Below, piece after piece: positions 25,667 to 38,835 of a DNA stretch of 64,000 nucleotides; the stretch's first letter is position 1, and every line of letters starts with the position of its first letter. A program made the translations under genes and the position numbers. Origin of the DNA: Heterodontus francisci (Eukaryota); assembly GCF_036365525.1 (NCBI RefSeq), contig NC_090399.1, positions 57,816,430-57,880,429 on the forward strand. The letters run 5' to 3'. The notes beneath the pieces are model-generated. The model worked only from the letters and a program-made list of their open reading frames with translations, made no database searches and was not told the origin of the DNA.

Positions 25667-26029
25667 TATATTCCAGAGGGGTCTGGAAAATGAAGGGATG
25701 TGACAATTGGGGGGCATGCAGGAAAAGCTACGGCCAAGTTTAAGTATTGGTTGAATGTTCAGGATGGTGGTCAAGAAGTGAGGTCCATGGACTGGCAGAA
25801 TTGGGTGAATGAATGGAGAGTAAGAAAGCGCAGTGCAAGTTCTAAATGGGTTCAAAGGTGACTCTAGTCAGAAAACAGTCATATACCAGAGAAGGAGCAT
25901 GCTATAGTGTGAGATAGAGATCTCACAGCAATAGTCCCAAAAAACATCAACGTGCAAGTACAAGCTATATCTTGAATAGATTACACAATGAAATGAGGGC
26001 TACAGAACAGTCTTGAGCAGAACCAGAAG

Positions 26030-28777
26030 CAGAAAAAGGAATGAAACCAGACGGACCACCCGGCATCGACCTAGGCACCAGAAACGACAACGGCAAACCC
26101 AACCCTGTTGACCCTGCAAAGTCCTCCTTACTAACATCTGGGGGCATGTGCCAAAGTTGGGAGAGCTGTCCCACAAACTAGTCAAGCAACTGCCTGGCAT
26201 AGTCATACTCACGGAATCATACCTTACAGACAATGTCCCAGACACTGCAATCACTATCCCTGGGTATGTCCTGTCCCACTTCAGGACAGACCCATCAGAG
26301 GTGGTGGCACAGTGGTATACAGTTGGGAGGGAGTTGCCCTGGGAGTCCTCAACATTGAATCCGGACCCCATGAAGTCTCATGGCATCAGGTCAAACATGG
26401 GCAAGGTAACCTCCTACTGATTACCGCCTACCGCCCTCCCTCAGCTGATGACTCAGTACTACACCATGTTGAACACCACTTGGAGGAATCACTGAGGGTG
26501 GCAAGGGCACAGAATGTACTCTGGGTGGGGGACTTCAATGTTCATCACCAAGCGTGGCTCGGTAGCACCACTACTGACCGAGCTGGCCGAGTCCTAAAGG
26601 ACATAGCTGCTAGACTGGGTCTGTGGCAGGTGGTGGGGGAACCAACACAAGGGAAAAACCTACTTGACCTCGTCCTCACCAATCTGCCTGCTGCAAATGC
26701 TTCTGTCCATGACTGTATTGGTAGGAGTGACCACCTCACAGTCCTTGTGGAGGTGAGGTCCCGCCTTCACATTGAGGATACTGTCCATCGTGTTGTGTGG
26801 CACTATCACCGTGCTAAATGGGATAGATTTTGAACAGATCTAGCAATGCAAAACTGGGCATCCATGAGGCGCTGTGGGCCATCAGCAGCAGCAGAATTGT
26901 ACTCAACCACAATCTGTAACCTCATGGCCCGGCATATCCCCCACTCTACCATGACCATCAAGCCAGAAGACCAACCCTGGTTCAATGAAGAGTGCAGGAG
27001 GGCATGCCAGGAGCAGCACCAGGCATACCTCAAAATGAGGTGTCAACCTGGTGAAGCTACAACACAGGACTATCTGCGTGCCAAACTGTGTAAGCAGCAT
27101 GCGATAGACAGAGCTAAGTGATCCCATAACCAACGTATCAGATCTAAGCTCTGCAGTCCTGCTACATCCAGCTGTGAATGGTGGTGGACAATTAAACAAC
27201 TAACTGGAGGAGGTGGCTCTTAAATATCCCCATCCTCAATGTTGGGGGAGCCCAGCACATCAGTGCGAAAGATAAGGCTGAAGCATTTGCAACAATCTTC
27301 AGCCAGAAGTGCCGATGATCCATCTCGGCCTCCTCCTGAAGTCCCCAGCATCACAGATGCCTGATTTCAGCCAATTCGATTCACTCCGCGTGATATCAAG
27401 AAAAGACTGAAGACACTGGATACTGCAAAAACTACGGCCCTGATAAAATTCCGGCAATAGTACTGAAGATCTGTGCTCCAGAACTTGCCGCGCGCCCTAG
27501 CCAAGCTGTTCCAGTACAGCTACAACACTGGCATCTACCCTGCAATGTGGAAAATTGCCCAGGTATGTCCTGTACACAAAAAACAGGACAAATCCAACCC
27601 GGCCAATTACTGCCCCATCAGCCTACTCTCTATCATCAGTAATGTGATGGAAGGGGTCATCAACAGTGCCATCAAGCGGCACTTGCTAAGCAATAACCTG
27701 TCCAGTGACGCTCAATTTGGGTTGCGCCAGGGCCACTCAGCTCCTGACCTCATTAGAGCCTTGGTTCAAACATGGACAAAAGAGCTGAACTCAAAAGGTG
27801 AGGTGAGAGTGACTGCCCTTGACATCAAGGCAGCATTTGACCGAGTATGGCATCAAGGAGCCCGAGCAAAACTGAGGTCAATGGGAATCAGGGGGAAAAC
27901 CCTCCGCTGGTTGGAGTCATACCTAGGGCAAAGGAAGATGGTTGTGGTTGTTGGAGGTCAATCATCTGAGCTCCAGGACATCACTGCTGGAGTTCCTCAG
28001 GGTAGTCTCCTCGGCCCAACCATCTTTAGCTGCTTCATCAATGATCTTCCTTCAATCATAAGGTCAGAAGTGGGGATGTTCGCTGATGATTACACAATGT
28101 TCAGCACCATTTGTGACTCCTCAGATACTGAAGCAGTCTGTGTAGAAATGCAGCAAGACCTGGACAATATCCAGGCTTGGGCTGATAAGTGGCAAGTAAC
28201 ATTCGCGAGTAACTCTCCTCCTGACTCCCCAAAGCCTGTCCACCATCTACAAGGCACAAGTCAGGAGTATGATGGAATACTCTCCACTTGTCTGGATGGG
28301 TGCAGCTCCAACAACACTGAAGAAGCTCGACACCATCCAGGACAAAGCAGCCCGCTTGATTGGCACCCCATCTACAAACATTCACTCCCTCCACCACCGA
28401 CGCACAGTGGCAGCAGTGTGTACATTCTAGAAGATGCACTGCAGCAATGCACCAAGGCTCCTTGGACAGCACCTTCCAAACCCGCGACCTCTACCACCTA
28501 GAAGGACAAGGGCAGCACATACATAGGAACATCACCACCTGCAAGTTCGCGTCCAAGTCACACACCATCCTGACTTGGAACTATATCGCCGTTCCTTCAC
28601 TATCGCTGGGCCAAAATCCTGGAACTCGCTTCCTTTCAGTGGGTGTACCTACCCCACATGGACTGCAGCGGTTGAAGAAGGCAGCTCATCACCACCTTCT
28701 CAAGGGCAATTAGGGATGGGCAATAAATGCTGGCCTGGCCAGCGTCGCCCACATCCCATGAATGAATAAAAAAAAAG
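26030..28777 (+). mobile_element. APE-RT LINE (CR1/L2 group), near full-length, nested in Copia
   Basis: Endonuclease (IVILTES, GDFNVHH, LDLVL, SDH) then RT (LDIKAAFD, GVPQGSLLGP, FADD) with frameshifts; ends atgaatgaataaaaaaaa. Confidence 0.93.
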
Positions 28778-29622
28778 AAACCCTCATGACCATCAAGTGT
28801 TAGTGGCTGCCAATAAACTTTAGGATAAACTAATGAGAGGCAAAACCAAAGGAGTTCGAGAGTTGGAGAGAATTTGGTGGTTATTCTGAGCTATCAGATA
28901 GGGGACAGCCAGCCTTGTGACATAAATGGATTTGTGCTGAAAAAGTGTTGCGGATGTGACTTATAAGGCTAAAGTGAGGCTTGTTGCTGGGTTTCTTTAA
29001 GAGGGACTGGGCAATACAGATGATGGAGTGGACTCTGCCACAGCTGGAAAAGTAATCTTAAACATCTGTTTTGAGCTCTTTTGGCCACATAGTCATTGGA
29101 GGGTCGGTCAATTGACATAAAAGCTGCATTTCTGCAGGGTAACACTTTTCAGCGTGAAATGTTTCTGAAACTGACTAGAGGCAGCAGATACAGAAGGAAA
29201 ACTATGGAAACTAAACAAATGCATCAATGGCCTGAATGATGCTTCCAGGGTGTGGTATCTTTCAGTGAGATCTGTTTTGCTGAAAATAGCTTCTGTTCAA
29301 CTAAAAGTAGATCCGCAATGTTTTATTTGTATCCTAAAGGAACACTTTCAGGAATCTTCATGATACGTGTTAGTGATTTCTTATGGGGTGGTATTGGAGA
29401 ATTTGAGAAATGTGTCCTTTCTCAGATTAGATTAGAATTTAAAATTGGGAGTCAGACCAGTGGGACTTTTAAATATATTGGTTTAGATATGAAGCAAAGT
29501 AGATCTGAAGTAACTTTAATCACAATCCTAATAGAGAGGTGTTACTCCCATCCTGGTTAATTGGTCATCAGAGAAAGATGATGTTATATCTGAAGAAGAG
29601 ACAGAACAATTTCAAAGCTGAT

Positions 29623-31127
29623 TTTTTTCCCAAAGATATGCTTTATTTATAAAATTTTTAAAAGTATACTGCAAAATTCAAATTGTATATTTCATCAAGT
29701 GCAATAAAGTTCAGTTTCTTTCAATGCGGTCCAGGAGGTGCCTCACAACTCTTGCCATACAGCCCGAGGGGTTTTACATGGGTTCCACCCTTGTTACACT
29801 TTGACAGTAGGACCTTACATAGTGGTCTTTCCCCATTGAGCCTTTGCTGCCCCAAGCTTTAATGCATCCCTCAACATGTAGTTCTATACCTTGGAATGTG
29901 CCAGTCTGCAACACTTGGTTGTGGACAACTCTTTGCACTGGAAGACCAGCATGTTTTGGGCAGATCAAAGTGAGTCTTTCATCTGGTTGATGATTATCTC
30001 AGTGTGCGTCCCTGGTAACAGCCTATAGAGCACAGAGTCCTGCATTATGGAGCTGCTCGGGATGAACCTCGACAAAATCCACTGCATCTCTTTGCAGACC
30101 TGCCTTGCAAATGCACATTCCAGAAGGAGGTGGGTGACAGTCTCTCCCCCACCACAGCCACCTCGAGGGCAGTGTGCAGAGGCGGTGAGACTCTGGCTAT
30201 GCAGGAAGGATCTGATGGGGAGGGCCCTTGTCACCGCCAGCCAAGCTATGTCTTGGTGCTTGTTTGAATGTTCTGGCAATGAGGCATTCTGCCAAATGAC
30301 TCTGACAGTCTGCTCGGGGAACCATCCGACAGGATCCACCATCTCCTTTTCCCGCAGGGCCTTGAGGACGTTCTGTGCGGACCAATGCCTGATGGACTTC
30401 TGGTCAAAGATGTTTTTCAGTACAAACATTTCCACAAGGGAGAGGTGGTACTGGACAGTCCAACTGAATGGAGCGTTCCACGGTAACGTAGCCAGACCCA
30501 TCCTTCACAATACTGAGGACAGACAGATCAACAGCACATAGTGACAGCTTGTGTCTGCATACCCGAGGTCTACGCACAGCTTGATGCAGCCACAGACAAA
30601 GGTGGCCATCAGGATGAGGGTGATAGGGTGATGTTGGGTACGTTTCCCCTCCCCCCCTTTATCTAGAGGTTTGAACATCATGTCCCTGCGGACGTGGTCC
30701 ATTTTCAATCTCCAGGTAAAGTAGAAGAAAGCTCTGGTGACCGCCATGACGCAGAAGTGGATATGGGCCGTCCTGTGCCATGTACAGCAACACTGAGAGC
30801 GCCTCACACCTGATGACCAGGTTCTTAGCCACAATATAGAGGGAGTGCCACTCCCACATGACCAGTTTCTGTTTCCCCATGGCTACTCACTCCTTCCGGT
30901 TTTTGTCCCCAGCCCCAGTCCCTCCGAGCCATATCCCCAGCACCTTCAGACAGTCTGACCTGACAGTGAAGGAGACAAAGGATCGATTGGCACAATTCCC
31001 AAAGAACTTGGCCTCTTTCTTGCCACAATTTACTTTGGCTCTAGAGGCCAGTTCAAAGTGGTCACAGATGCTCATCAGTGTGCGAACTGACAGCGGATCT
31101 GAGCAGAAGACGGCAACATCATCCATG
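29623..31127 (-). mobile_element. Tx1/L1-group LINE, 5'-truncated, nested in the Copia RT
   Basis: MDDVAVF RT remnant and CPRGGCGGGETVTHLLLEC zinc knuckle; A-rich tail; flanked by caaagct(t)gat on both sides (TSD). Confidence 0.85.
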
Positions 31128-31974
31128 CAAAGCTTGATCGGTCACTTGAACTGGTTGTGCACTCAGACTAGACCAGATTCTAGTTTTGATATGTTGGTGT
31201 TAAGTTCTATGATGAAACACCATAAAGTCAAAAAGGTTTGAAGGGCAAATAAAATGTTGAAAAAATAAATCTGGAGAAATGTGTACTTAAGTTCCCAACT
31301 TAGGTGACCCAAAGAACATGCAATAGTTATTTTTAGTGAGGCTTCACCTGCTAATCTTCCTGATAGGTATTAGAGTGCAGCTGGTTTCATGTTATTTCTA
31401 ATGGGTGAAAATGGGAAATGTTGTCCTTTAGTTCGGAAGGCTAAGAAAATAAAGCAGGCCTATTAAAAGTACTTTAGTGCAGAAACACTGGCTTTTGTGA
31501 GGCAGTGGGATTCTATTTGACAAACATTTTAAGTAGGATTCTATACAATGGACATACTGGGAGATAGTATACCCATTGAATGCCATGTAGATAATCGTTC
31601 CTTTTGGGATAATGTACACTCTATGAAACATGTGAGTGAGAAAAGGATATGGATTGACTTTACTGGCTTAAAACAAATGTTGGAGAGAAATGAAATCTCT
31701 AAAATTAAATGGGTAGCTGCAAGTCACCAACAATCTGAATTGTTTTACAAAAAGAAATGCTTGTACAAAGAACTTGTTAGGGGTCTTTGGGCCGAAGGGC
31801 CTGTTTCGGTGCTGTATCTCTCTCTCTCTCTCTTTGACTCTCCATGTCCTCGAGGAGGAGCATCTGGCAATATAACGCTCTGTACTGAATATGGAAATTG
31901 TTTCTGATTTTCTTTTGAAATGTTATTTGTGCATATTAACTCTTAAGATTTATTTAAAAAGAAAGAAGGGAATC

Positions 31975-32178
31975 TGTTAATTGTATATCAATTGTGTTTA
32001 TTTATATGCAGGTGAAGGGCATTAATTGGAGTTTTATTTTAGCACATATAAAGTGACACTTACTGAAACTGTGTGGTCGAGTTAGGAGGTATATGCTTGT
32101 AATGTTTCACACTGTAAAGACTGAGTAAAGTTTGGGTCCCATATCATCCTTCATCAGTTGGTTTTCTGCAATAGAACA
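31975..32178 (+). repeat. Copia 3' LTR
   Basis: TGTTAATTG...AACA, preceded by the polypurine tract aaaaagaaagaagggaa (~31956-31972). Confidence 0.85.
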
Positions 32179-32256
32179 AGAGAGACAGACACTGCATTAA
32201 GATTGTACAGTAAGCACCAGTTATAAAGTTCCAGTTGAAGGCCATTGAAGGATCTG

Positions 32257-35200
32257 TTTTTTTTTTAATTCATTCATGAGGTGTGACAGTCACTGGCAAG
32301 GCCACAGCATTTATTTCCCATCCCTTATTGCCCATGAGAAGGTAGTAATGAGCTGCCTTCTTGAACCGCTGCTGTCCGTGTGGTGTAGGTACACCCACAG
32401 TGCTGTTAGGGAGGGAAACCAGGATTTTGTCCCAGCGACAGTGAAAGAACAGTGATATACTTTCAAGTCGCATGATGTGTGACTTGGAGGGGAATTTACA
32501 GGTGATGGTGTTCCCATATGTCTGCTGTCCTTGTCCTTGTAGGTGGTAAAGGTTGAGGATTTGGAGAATGCTGTTGAAGGAGGCTTGGTAAGTTGTTGCA
32601 ATGGATCTTGTAGATGGTACACACTGCTACACTGTGCACTGGTGGTGGATGGGTGCAGATCAAGAGGTTGATTTTTCCTGGATGGTGTCGAGCTTCTTGA
32701 ATGTTGTTGGAGCTGCACTCATCCAGGCAAGTGGAGAGTATTTCATCACACACCTGACTTAAGCTTTCCAAATATTGAGCAGAATTTGGGGAATTACTCA
32801 CATCAGAATTCCCAGATGCTGACCTGCTCTTGTAGGTACAGTATATAGCTGCTTAAGCTAATTTTCTGGTCAATGGTAAACCCCACTGCCTTCCTCCAAA
32901 TGTTGAACGTGGTATTTCAGTGACGGTAATGTTGTTGAATGTCAAAGGGAGATGGTTAGATTCTCTCTTGTTGGAGATGGTCATTGCCTGGCATTGTGTG
33001 GCATGAATATTACTTACCACTTATCAGCATAAGCCTGAAGGTTAAATGTTGTCCAGATCTTGCTACAGGTGGGCATGGACTGCTTCAGTATCTGAGGAGT
33101 GGCACACGGTACTGAACACTGTGCCATCCTCAGTGAATATGCAATATCCTTGGGAGAGATGATTGGCCTCCTAACCACAACCATCTTCCCTTTGTGCTGG
33201 GTATGATTCCAACCAGTGGAGAGTTTTCCCCCGATTCCCATTGACTTCCAATTTTGTGAGTGCTCCTTGTTGTCATACTCGGTCAAAGGCTGCCTTGATG
33301 TCAAGGGCAGTCACTCTCACCTCACTTCTTGAATTCATCTCTTTTGTCCAAGTTTGATCCAAGCTGTAGTGAGATCTGGAGCCGAGTGCCCTGGTGGAAC
33401 CCAAACTGAGCATTGGTTAGCAGGTTGCTGCTGAGTAAGTGCCGCTTGACAGCGCTGTCGACAACAGCTTCTCTCACTTTGCTGATGATTAGAGTAGACT
33501 GATGGGGCGGTAATTGTCTGGATTGAATTGGGCTGCTATATGTGGACAGGACACACCTGGGCAATGTTCCACATTGTCGAGTAGATACCAGTGTTGTAGC
33601 TGTACTGGAACTGCTTGGCGAGGGGTGCAGCTAGTTCTGGAGCACGAATTTTCAGTACTACAACTTGGATGTTTTCAGGGCCCATAGCCTTTGCTGTATC
33701 CACAGTGCGCTGCTATTTCTCAGAGTCATAGAGTTATACAGCACAGAAACAGGCCCTTCGGCCCACTGTGGTCTGCGCCGGCCATCAAGCATATCTATTC
33801 TAATCCCATTTTCCAGCACTTGGCCTGTAGCCTTGTATGCTATGGCATTTCAAGTGCACATCTAAATACTTCTTAAATGTTGTGAGGGTTCCTGCCTCTA
33901 CCACCCCTTCAGGCAGTGTGTTCCAGATTCCAACCACCTGCTGGGTGAAATTTTTTTTCCTCAAATCCCCTCTAAACCTCCTCCCCTTAAATCTATGCCC
34001 CCTGGTTATTGACCCCTCTGCTAAGGGAAAAAGTTTCTTCCTATCTACCCAATCTATGCCCCTCATAATTTTGTATTCCTCTGTCAGATCTCCCGTCAGC
34101 CTTCTCTGCTCGAAGGAAAACAATCCTAGCCTATCCAGTCTCTCTTCATAGCTGAAATGCTCCAGCCCAGGCAATTTCCTCTGCACCCTCTGCAGTGCAA
34201 TCACATCCTTCCTATAATGTGGCGACCAGAACTGTACACAGTACTCCAGCTGTGGCCTAACTAGCATTTTATACAGCTCCATCATAACCTCCCTGCTCTT
34301 ATATTCTATGCCTTGGCTAATAAATGCAAGTATCTCATATACCTTCCTCGCCACCTTATCTACCTATCTTGATATCATGTGGAGTGAAACTGGCTGAAGA
34401 CTGGCATCTATGATGCTGGGGTCCTCAGTAGGAGGCCAAGATGGATCATGCACTCCACACATATGGCTGGAGATGGTTGAAAATATTTCAAACTTGTCTT
34501 TTGCACTGACATCCTGGGCTCCCCCATCATTGAGGATGGGGTTGTTTGTGAAGCCTCCTCCTCCTGTTAGTTGTTTAATTGTTCTCCGCCATTCCTGACT
34601 GGATGTGACAGGACTGCAGAGCCTGGATCTGATTCGTTGGTTGTGGGATCGATTAAATCGCTCTATCCCATGCTGCTTCTTCTGCTTATCATACATGTAG
34701 TCCTGTGTTGTAGCTTCACCAGGTTGGCACCTCATTTTTAGGTATGCCTGGTGCTGCTCCTGGCATGCTCTCCTGCACTCCTCATAGAACCAGGATAGGT
34801 CCTCTGGCTTGATGCTAATGGTAGAGTGGAGGATATGAAAGGCCATGAGGTTACAGATTGTGGTTGAATATAATTCTGCTGCTGCTGATGGCCCACAGTG
34901 TCTCATGGATTCCCAGCTTTGAGCTGCCACACCTGTTTTGAATCTATCCCATTTATCATGGTGATAGTGCCATGCAACATGATGGAGGGTCTCCTCAGTG
35001 TGAAGATGGGACTTCATCTGCTCAAGAACGATGTGTAGCCACTCCTACCAAGACTGACATGGGCAGTTGGTGAGGGTGAGGTAAAGTATGTTTTTCCCTC
35101 TTGTTGGTTCTCTCATCACCTGCTGCAGGCCCAGTCTGGCAGATATGCCCTTCAGGACTTGGGCAGCTTGGTCAGTAATGGTGCTGCCAAACTGCTGTTG

Positions 35201-36038
35201 GTGATGGACATTGAAGTCCCCTACCCTGAGCACATTCTGTACCCTTGCTGCCCTCAGTGCTTCTTCCAAGTGATGTTTATCATGGATGAGTGATTCAACA
35301 GCTGAGGGGGAGCTGTAGGTGGTATTCAGCAGGAGGTTTCCTTGTTTATTTTTGACCTGATGACATGAGACATCATGGGGTCTGGAGTCGATGTTGAGGA
35401 CTTCCAGGACAACTACCTCCCAACTGTATACCACTGTGCTGCCACCAATGGTGGTTCTGTCCTGTCGGTGGGACAGGACATACCCAGGGATGGTGATGGA
35501 GGAGTCTAGGACATTGGCTGTAAGGTATGATTCTGTGAGTATGACTATGTCAGGCTCTTGTTTGACTGGTCTGTGGCGCAGCTCTCCCAATTTCGGCACA
35601 AGTCCCCAGATGTTAGCGACGAGAGCTTTGCAGGGTTGACTGGGCAGGGTGGAGCCTTTGTTTTTTTCGCTGTCTAGGTCAATGCCGGGTGGTCTGTCTA
35701 TTTTTATTCTTTGACTTTTCTGTCATGGTTTGATACAATTGAGTGGCTTGCTAGGCCATTTCAGAGGGCAGTTAAGAGTCAACCAAATTACAGTCAGTCT
35801 GAAGTCACATGTAGGTCAGACCAGGTAAGGACAGCAGTGAACCAGATGGGTTTTTATGACAATCTGGTAACTTGATGATTCCAATTTCTGAGACATACTT
35901 TTTATTTTATTTTATTTATGAAATTATTGAATTTAAACTGCACCCGCTTTAATTGAGGGATTTGAACTCATGCCTATGGAGTATTAGTCTGAGCTTCTGG
36001 ATTAGTTGTCCAGTAACATTACTACTATACTATTGATC
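32257..36038 (-). mobile_element. APE-RT LINE, older apparently full-length copy with tRNA-like 5' head
   Basis: Collinear with 26030-28777 (ORFs 35045-35599, 34364-35017 etc.) and extends further 5' through a SINE-like body to A/B-box-like motifs. Confidence 0.85.
33722..34365 (-). mobile_element. CR1 3' fragment nested in the LINE
   Basis: ORF 33800-34354 (LVRPQLEYCVQFWSP) plus CR1 tail. Confidence 0.92.
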
Positions 36039-36249
36039 CGTTGAGACAGAAGATGAGCCATGATCATAGTGAATGGTGGGGAAGGCTCGATGGGCCTTAT
36101 CATCGACTCCTCCTATTTCTTCTGTGCTTAGAATCCTATTTTTACAACATATCTGCAAATGAGTCAGTAAAACAAATATGAATAAATTAATCCATGATAA
36201 TCTTATTCAACATCAGGAATAACAACTTTTTCCACATTACGTGACATTT

Positions 36250-36990
36250 AAAAGAATATAAGAAATAGGAGCAGCAGTAGACCATACGGTTCGTCAAGCC
36301 TGCTCCACTTTTCAATTTGATCATGGCTGATCTTCTGCCTCAATTCCACTTTCCATCCCATTCCCCATATCCCTTGATTCCCTGAGTGACCTGTCTCTCT
36401 CAGCCTTAAATATATTCAACGATGGAGCATCCACAACCCTCTGGGGTAGAGAATTCCAAAGATTCACAACACTTGGAGTGAAGTAATTTCTCCTCATCTC
36501 ATTCCTAAATGATCGGTCCTGTATCCTGACACTGTGCCCCCGGATTCTAGATTCCCTGATCAGTGGAAACAATCTCTCAGTATCTACCCTATCCAGCACC
36601 TTCAGAATGCTATATGTTTCAATGAGATCACCTCTCATTCTTCTAAACTCCAGAGAACATGAACCCAATTTACTCAGCCTCTTATCATAGGACAATTCTC
36701 TCATCCTAGGAACCAATCTAGTGAACCTTTAAAGTACAGCCTCCAATGCAAATAGATCTTTCCTTCAGTATAGTGATTGGAATTGCACAAAGCATTCCAG
36801 ATGTGGTCTCACCAAAGCCCTGTACAATTGTGGCAAGATTTCCTTATTCCTGGACTCCAATTCCCTTGCATTTGCCTTCCTAATTGCTTGCTGTACCTAC
36901 ATGTTAACTTTCTATGAGTACACCTAAGCACTGCTGAACACCAATGTTTGGAAGTTTCACACCTTTTAAAAAATAATCTGCTTTTCTATT
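36250..36990 (-). mobile_element. CR1 3' fragment
   Basis: ORF 36321-36716 (RRMRGDLIETY...VVNLWNSLP). Confidence 0.88.
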
Positions 36991-37544
36991 TTTTCACACT
37001 AGGTCACAACAGGATGCATCTGTCCTTAGCTCAGCATTTCAAGGCATCAACAGTTTAGCTAATATTTACATATCCTTTCACACCTTATGTGACAATTTGC
37101 ATACTGCAATTTATTCTTACACATCTTGTTAAATACTTGTTATTAAAAATGGAGAAGAGAAAGTTTATCCCATGTATACTCTTCACCTTGAAGAGAAGGA
37201 ATCCTATCCAACTCCTCACATTTAGACAATTAGTTTTTAATTAATGCAGCCAATTTAAAACTCGAATATTTTGTCAAACATTTCATTAAGCATCACAAAT
37301 AACATATATCATGATTATTAGTACAGTGATTACAATTCTCTGAGCACAAATTATAATCATAGACCAAATCCCTGTCCATGGGTGCTGACTGACATTATAC
37401 CCTACTTTGCACCATTTATTATTGCCTAACATTACTGTGCCCCTTTCCATGGTAGCATTAGTTTATATGACAGTGACTACAAACATCAGTTATATTACAG
37501 CTTGGTGGCACAGTGACATTCAGACACATTTTATCTGTCTCACT

Positions 37545-37872
37545 CTAGACAAGGACAAACTGTACCGATTCACTAATGGTACAAGGACTAGGGGACACAG
37601 ATTGAAGGTTTTGGGCAAGAGAAGTGGGGGAATATGAGAAAGAACTTGTTACACAGCGGGTGGTAAGGATCTGGAACTCGCTGCCCACAAGGGTGGTGGA
37701 ATCGGAGGCAATCAATGACTTCAAAAGGAAATTAGATGGCCAGTTGAAGGAAATATATCTTCAGGAGATTGAGTGGGGGAGTAGGACTGATTAGATAGCT
37801 GCGTGGAGAACTGGCATGGACTTAATGGGCCGAATGGCCTCCTTCTGTGCTGGATATGACTCTATGACTCTC
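37545..37872 (+). mobile_element. CR1 3' fragment
   Basis: TRTRGHRLKV motif and tail gggccgaatggcctccttctgtgctg. Confidence 0.85.
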
Positions 37873-38835
37873 CATACGATCTCTGTAGTAGTAGGTAGCC
37901 TCTCAAGGTAGGTAACCAGACCTAGAACAATTAATACTCGAAGAAACACATTCCACCTGCCGGCAAGGTGTAGTATTTATTCCTTGACAGTTTTGAGCTG
38001 ATTAATGTGATACTATTTGATATAACTCAGACATTTCTTACTTAAAAACTGAACTATATACATGGCAGGACTGGCCTGATCAGTGATAGAACAAAAACGG
38101 CAGGACTATACCCTAACAAAATGGTCCTTTTTACCATAATTTAGGACCATTACAGAGTCTCCAATTTGATACTCAAATGGATGATCCTATTTGTCAAAGT
38201 ACTTTTAGACCTGATTCTTGGATTCTCCCAAATTCCATGCTACGAATTGATTCGTCTGATCGATGTAATGGATCATCTGCTTCAACCACTCAGTGGTACA
38301 ACTGCTTTAAAGCAAAGGACCTGCTGTGGGCACCAGTAGGTGTCCAGGCATACACATCAGACATCCTGTCATTACCCGATAGGGGTAAGTTCATGTAGTA
38401 CGACACTGTCTAGATCACATCACCAGTAAATACATTGGTAACATGCTCACCCATTGAAAGGGGTGATCTGCACAGAACTTTTTAAACATTGTTTGAAGTC
38501 CTATTCTCTCTTTCCACTACTCCAGATCATTGAGGATGGTGACATATGGGCAATTTGTATTTAATCCTCATCAATTTCTGTCGTTCAGTAAAAACGTTTC
38601 CTGTAAGATGTGATCCTTGATCACTAGCTACCTGTATGTGCACTCCCCACCTGCAGATCACCTCAATCAATGATATTTTAGCCTCAACAAAAGCACGATT
38701 ATTCTGGTAAGGAAAAGCCTCTGTCCATTTGATCAACTTGTCTAATATAAGTAGCACATGTTACTGGTTAACTGGAGGAGTTGGCAATGAACTGATAACA
38801 TCGAGCTGAAGGTGCATCCAGGGTCCTGCAGGAGG

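Larger units (their letters stand above)
22241..32178 (+). mobile_element. degenerate Ty1/Copia LTR retrotransposon (GalEa-like) with nested insertions
   Basis: Two related ~205-bp LTRs, PBS and PPT. Domain order is gag knuckle (CFRCDSKCCYVMNC), integrase (HRQFTH..CEIC, DLK, DNGGEF, SNGLCER), RT (IDIKAAFLQG, GLNDASR, DFLWGG), RNase H (STL.AE, DNRS). IN before RT is diagnostic of Copia. Confidence 0.88.

Noticed and set aside
129-28501. RT ORFs as functional or domesticated genes
   Set aside because: All are truncated or frameshifted copies of LINE families that recur in the window.
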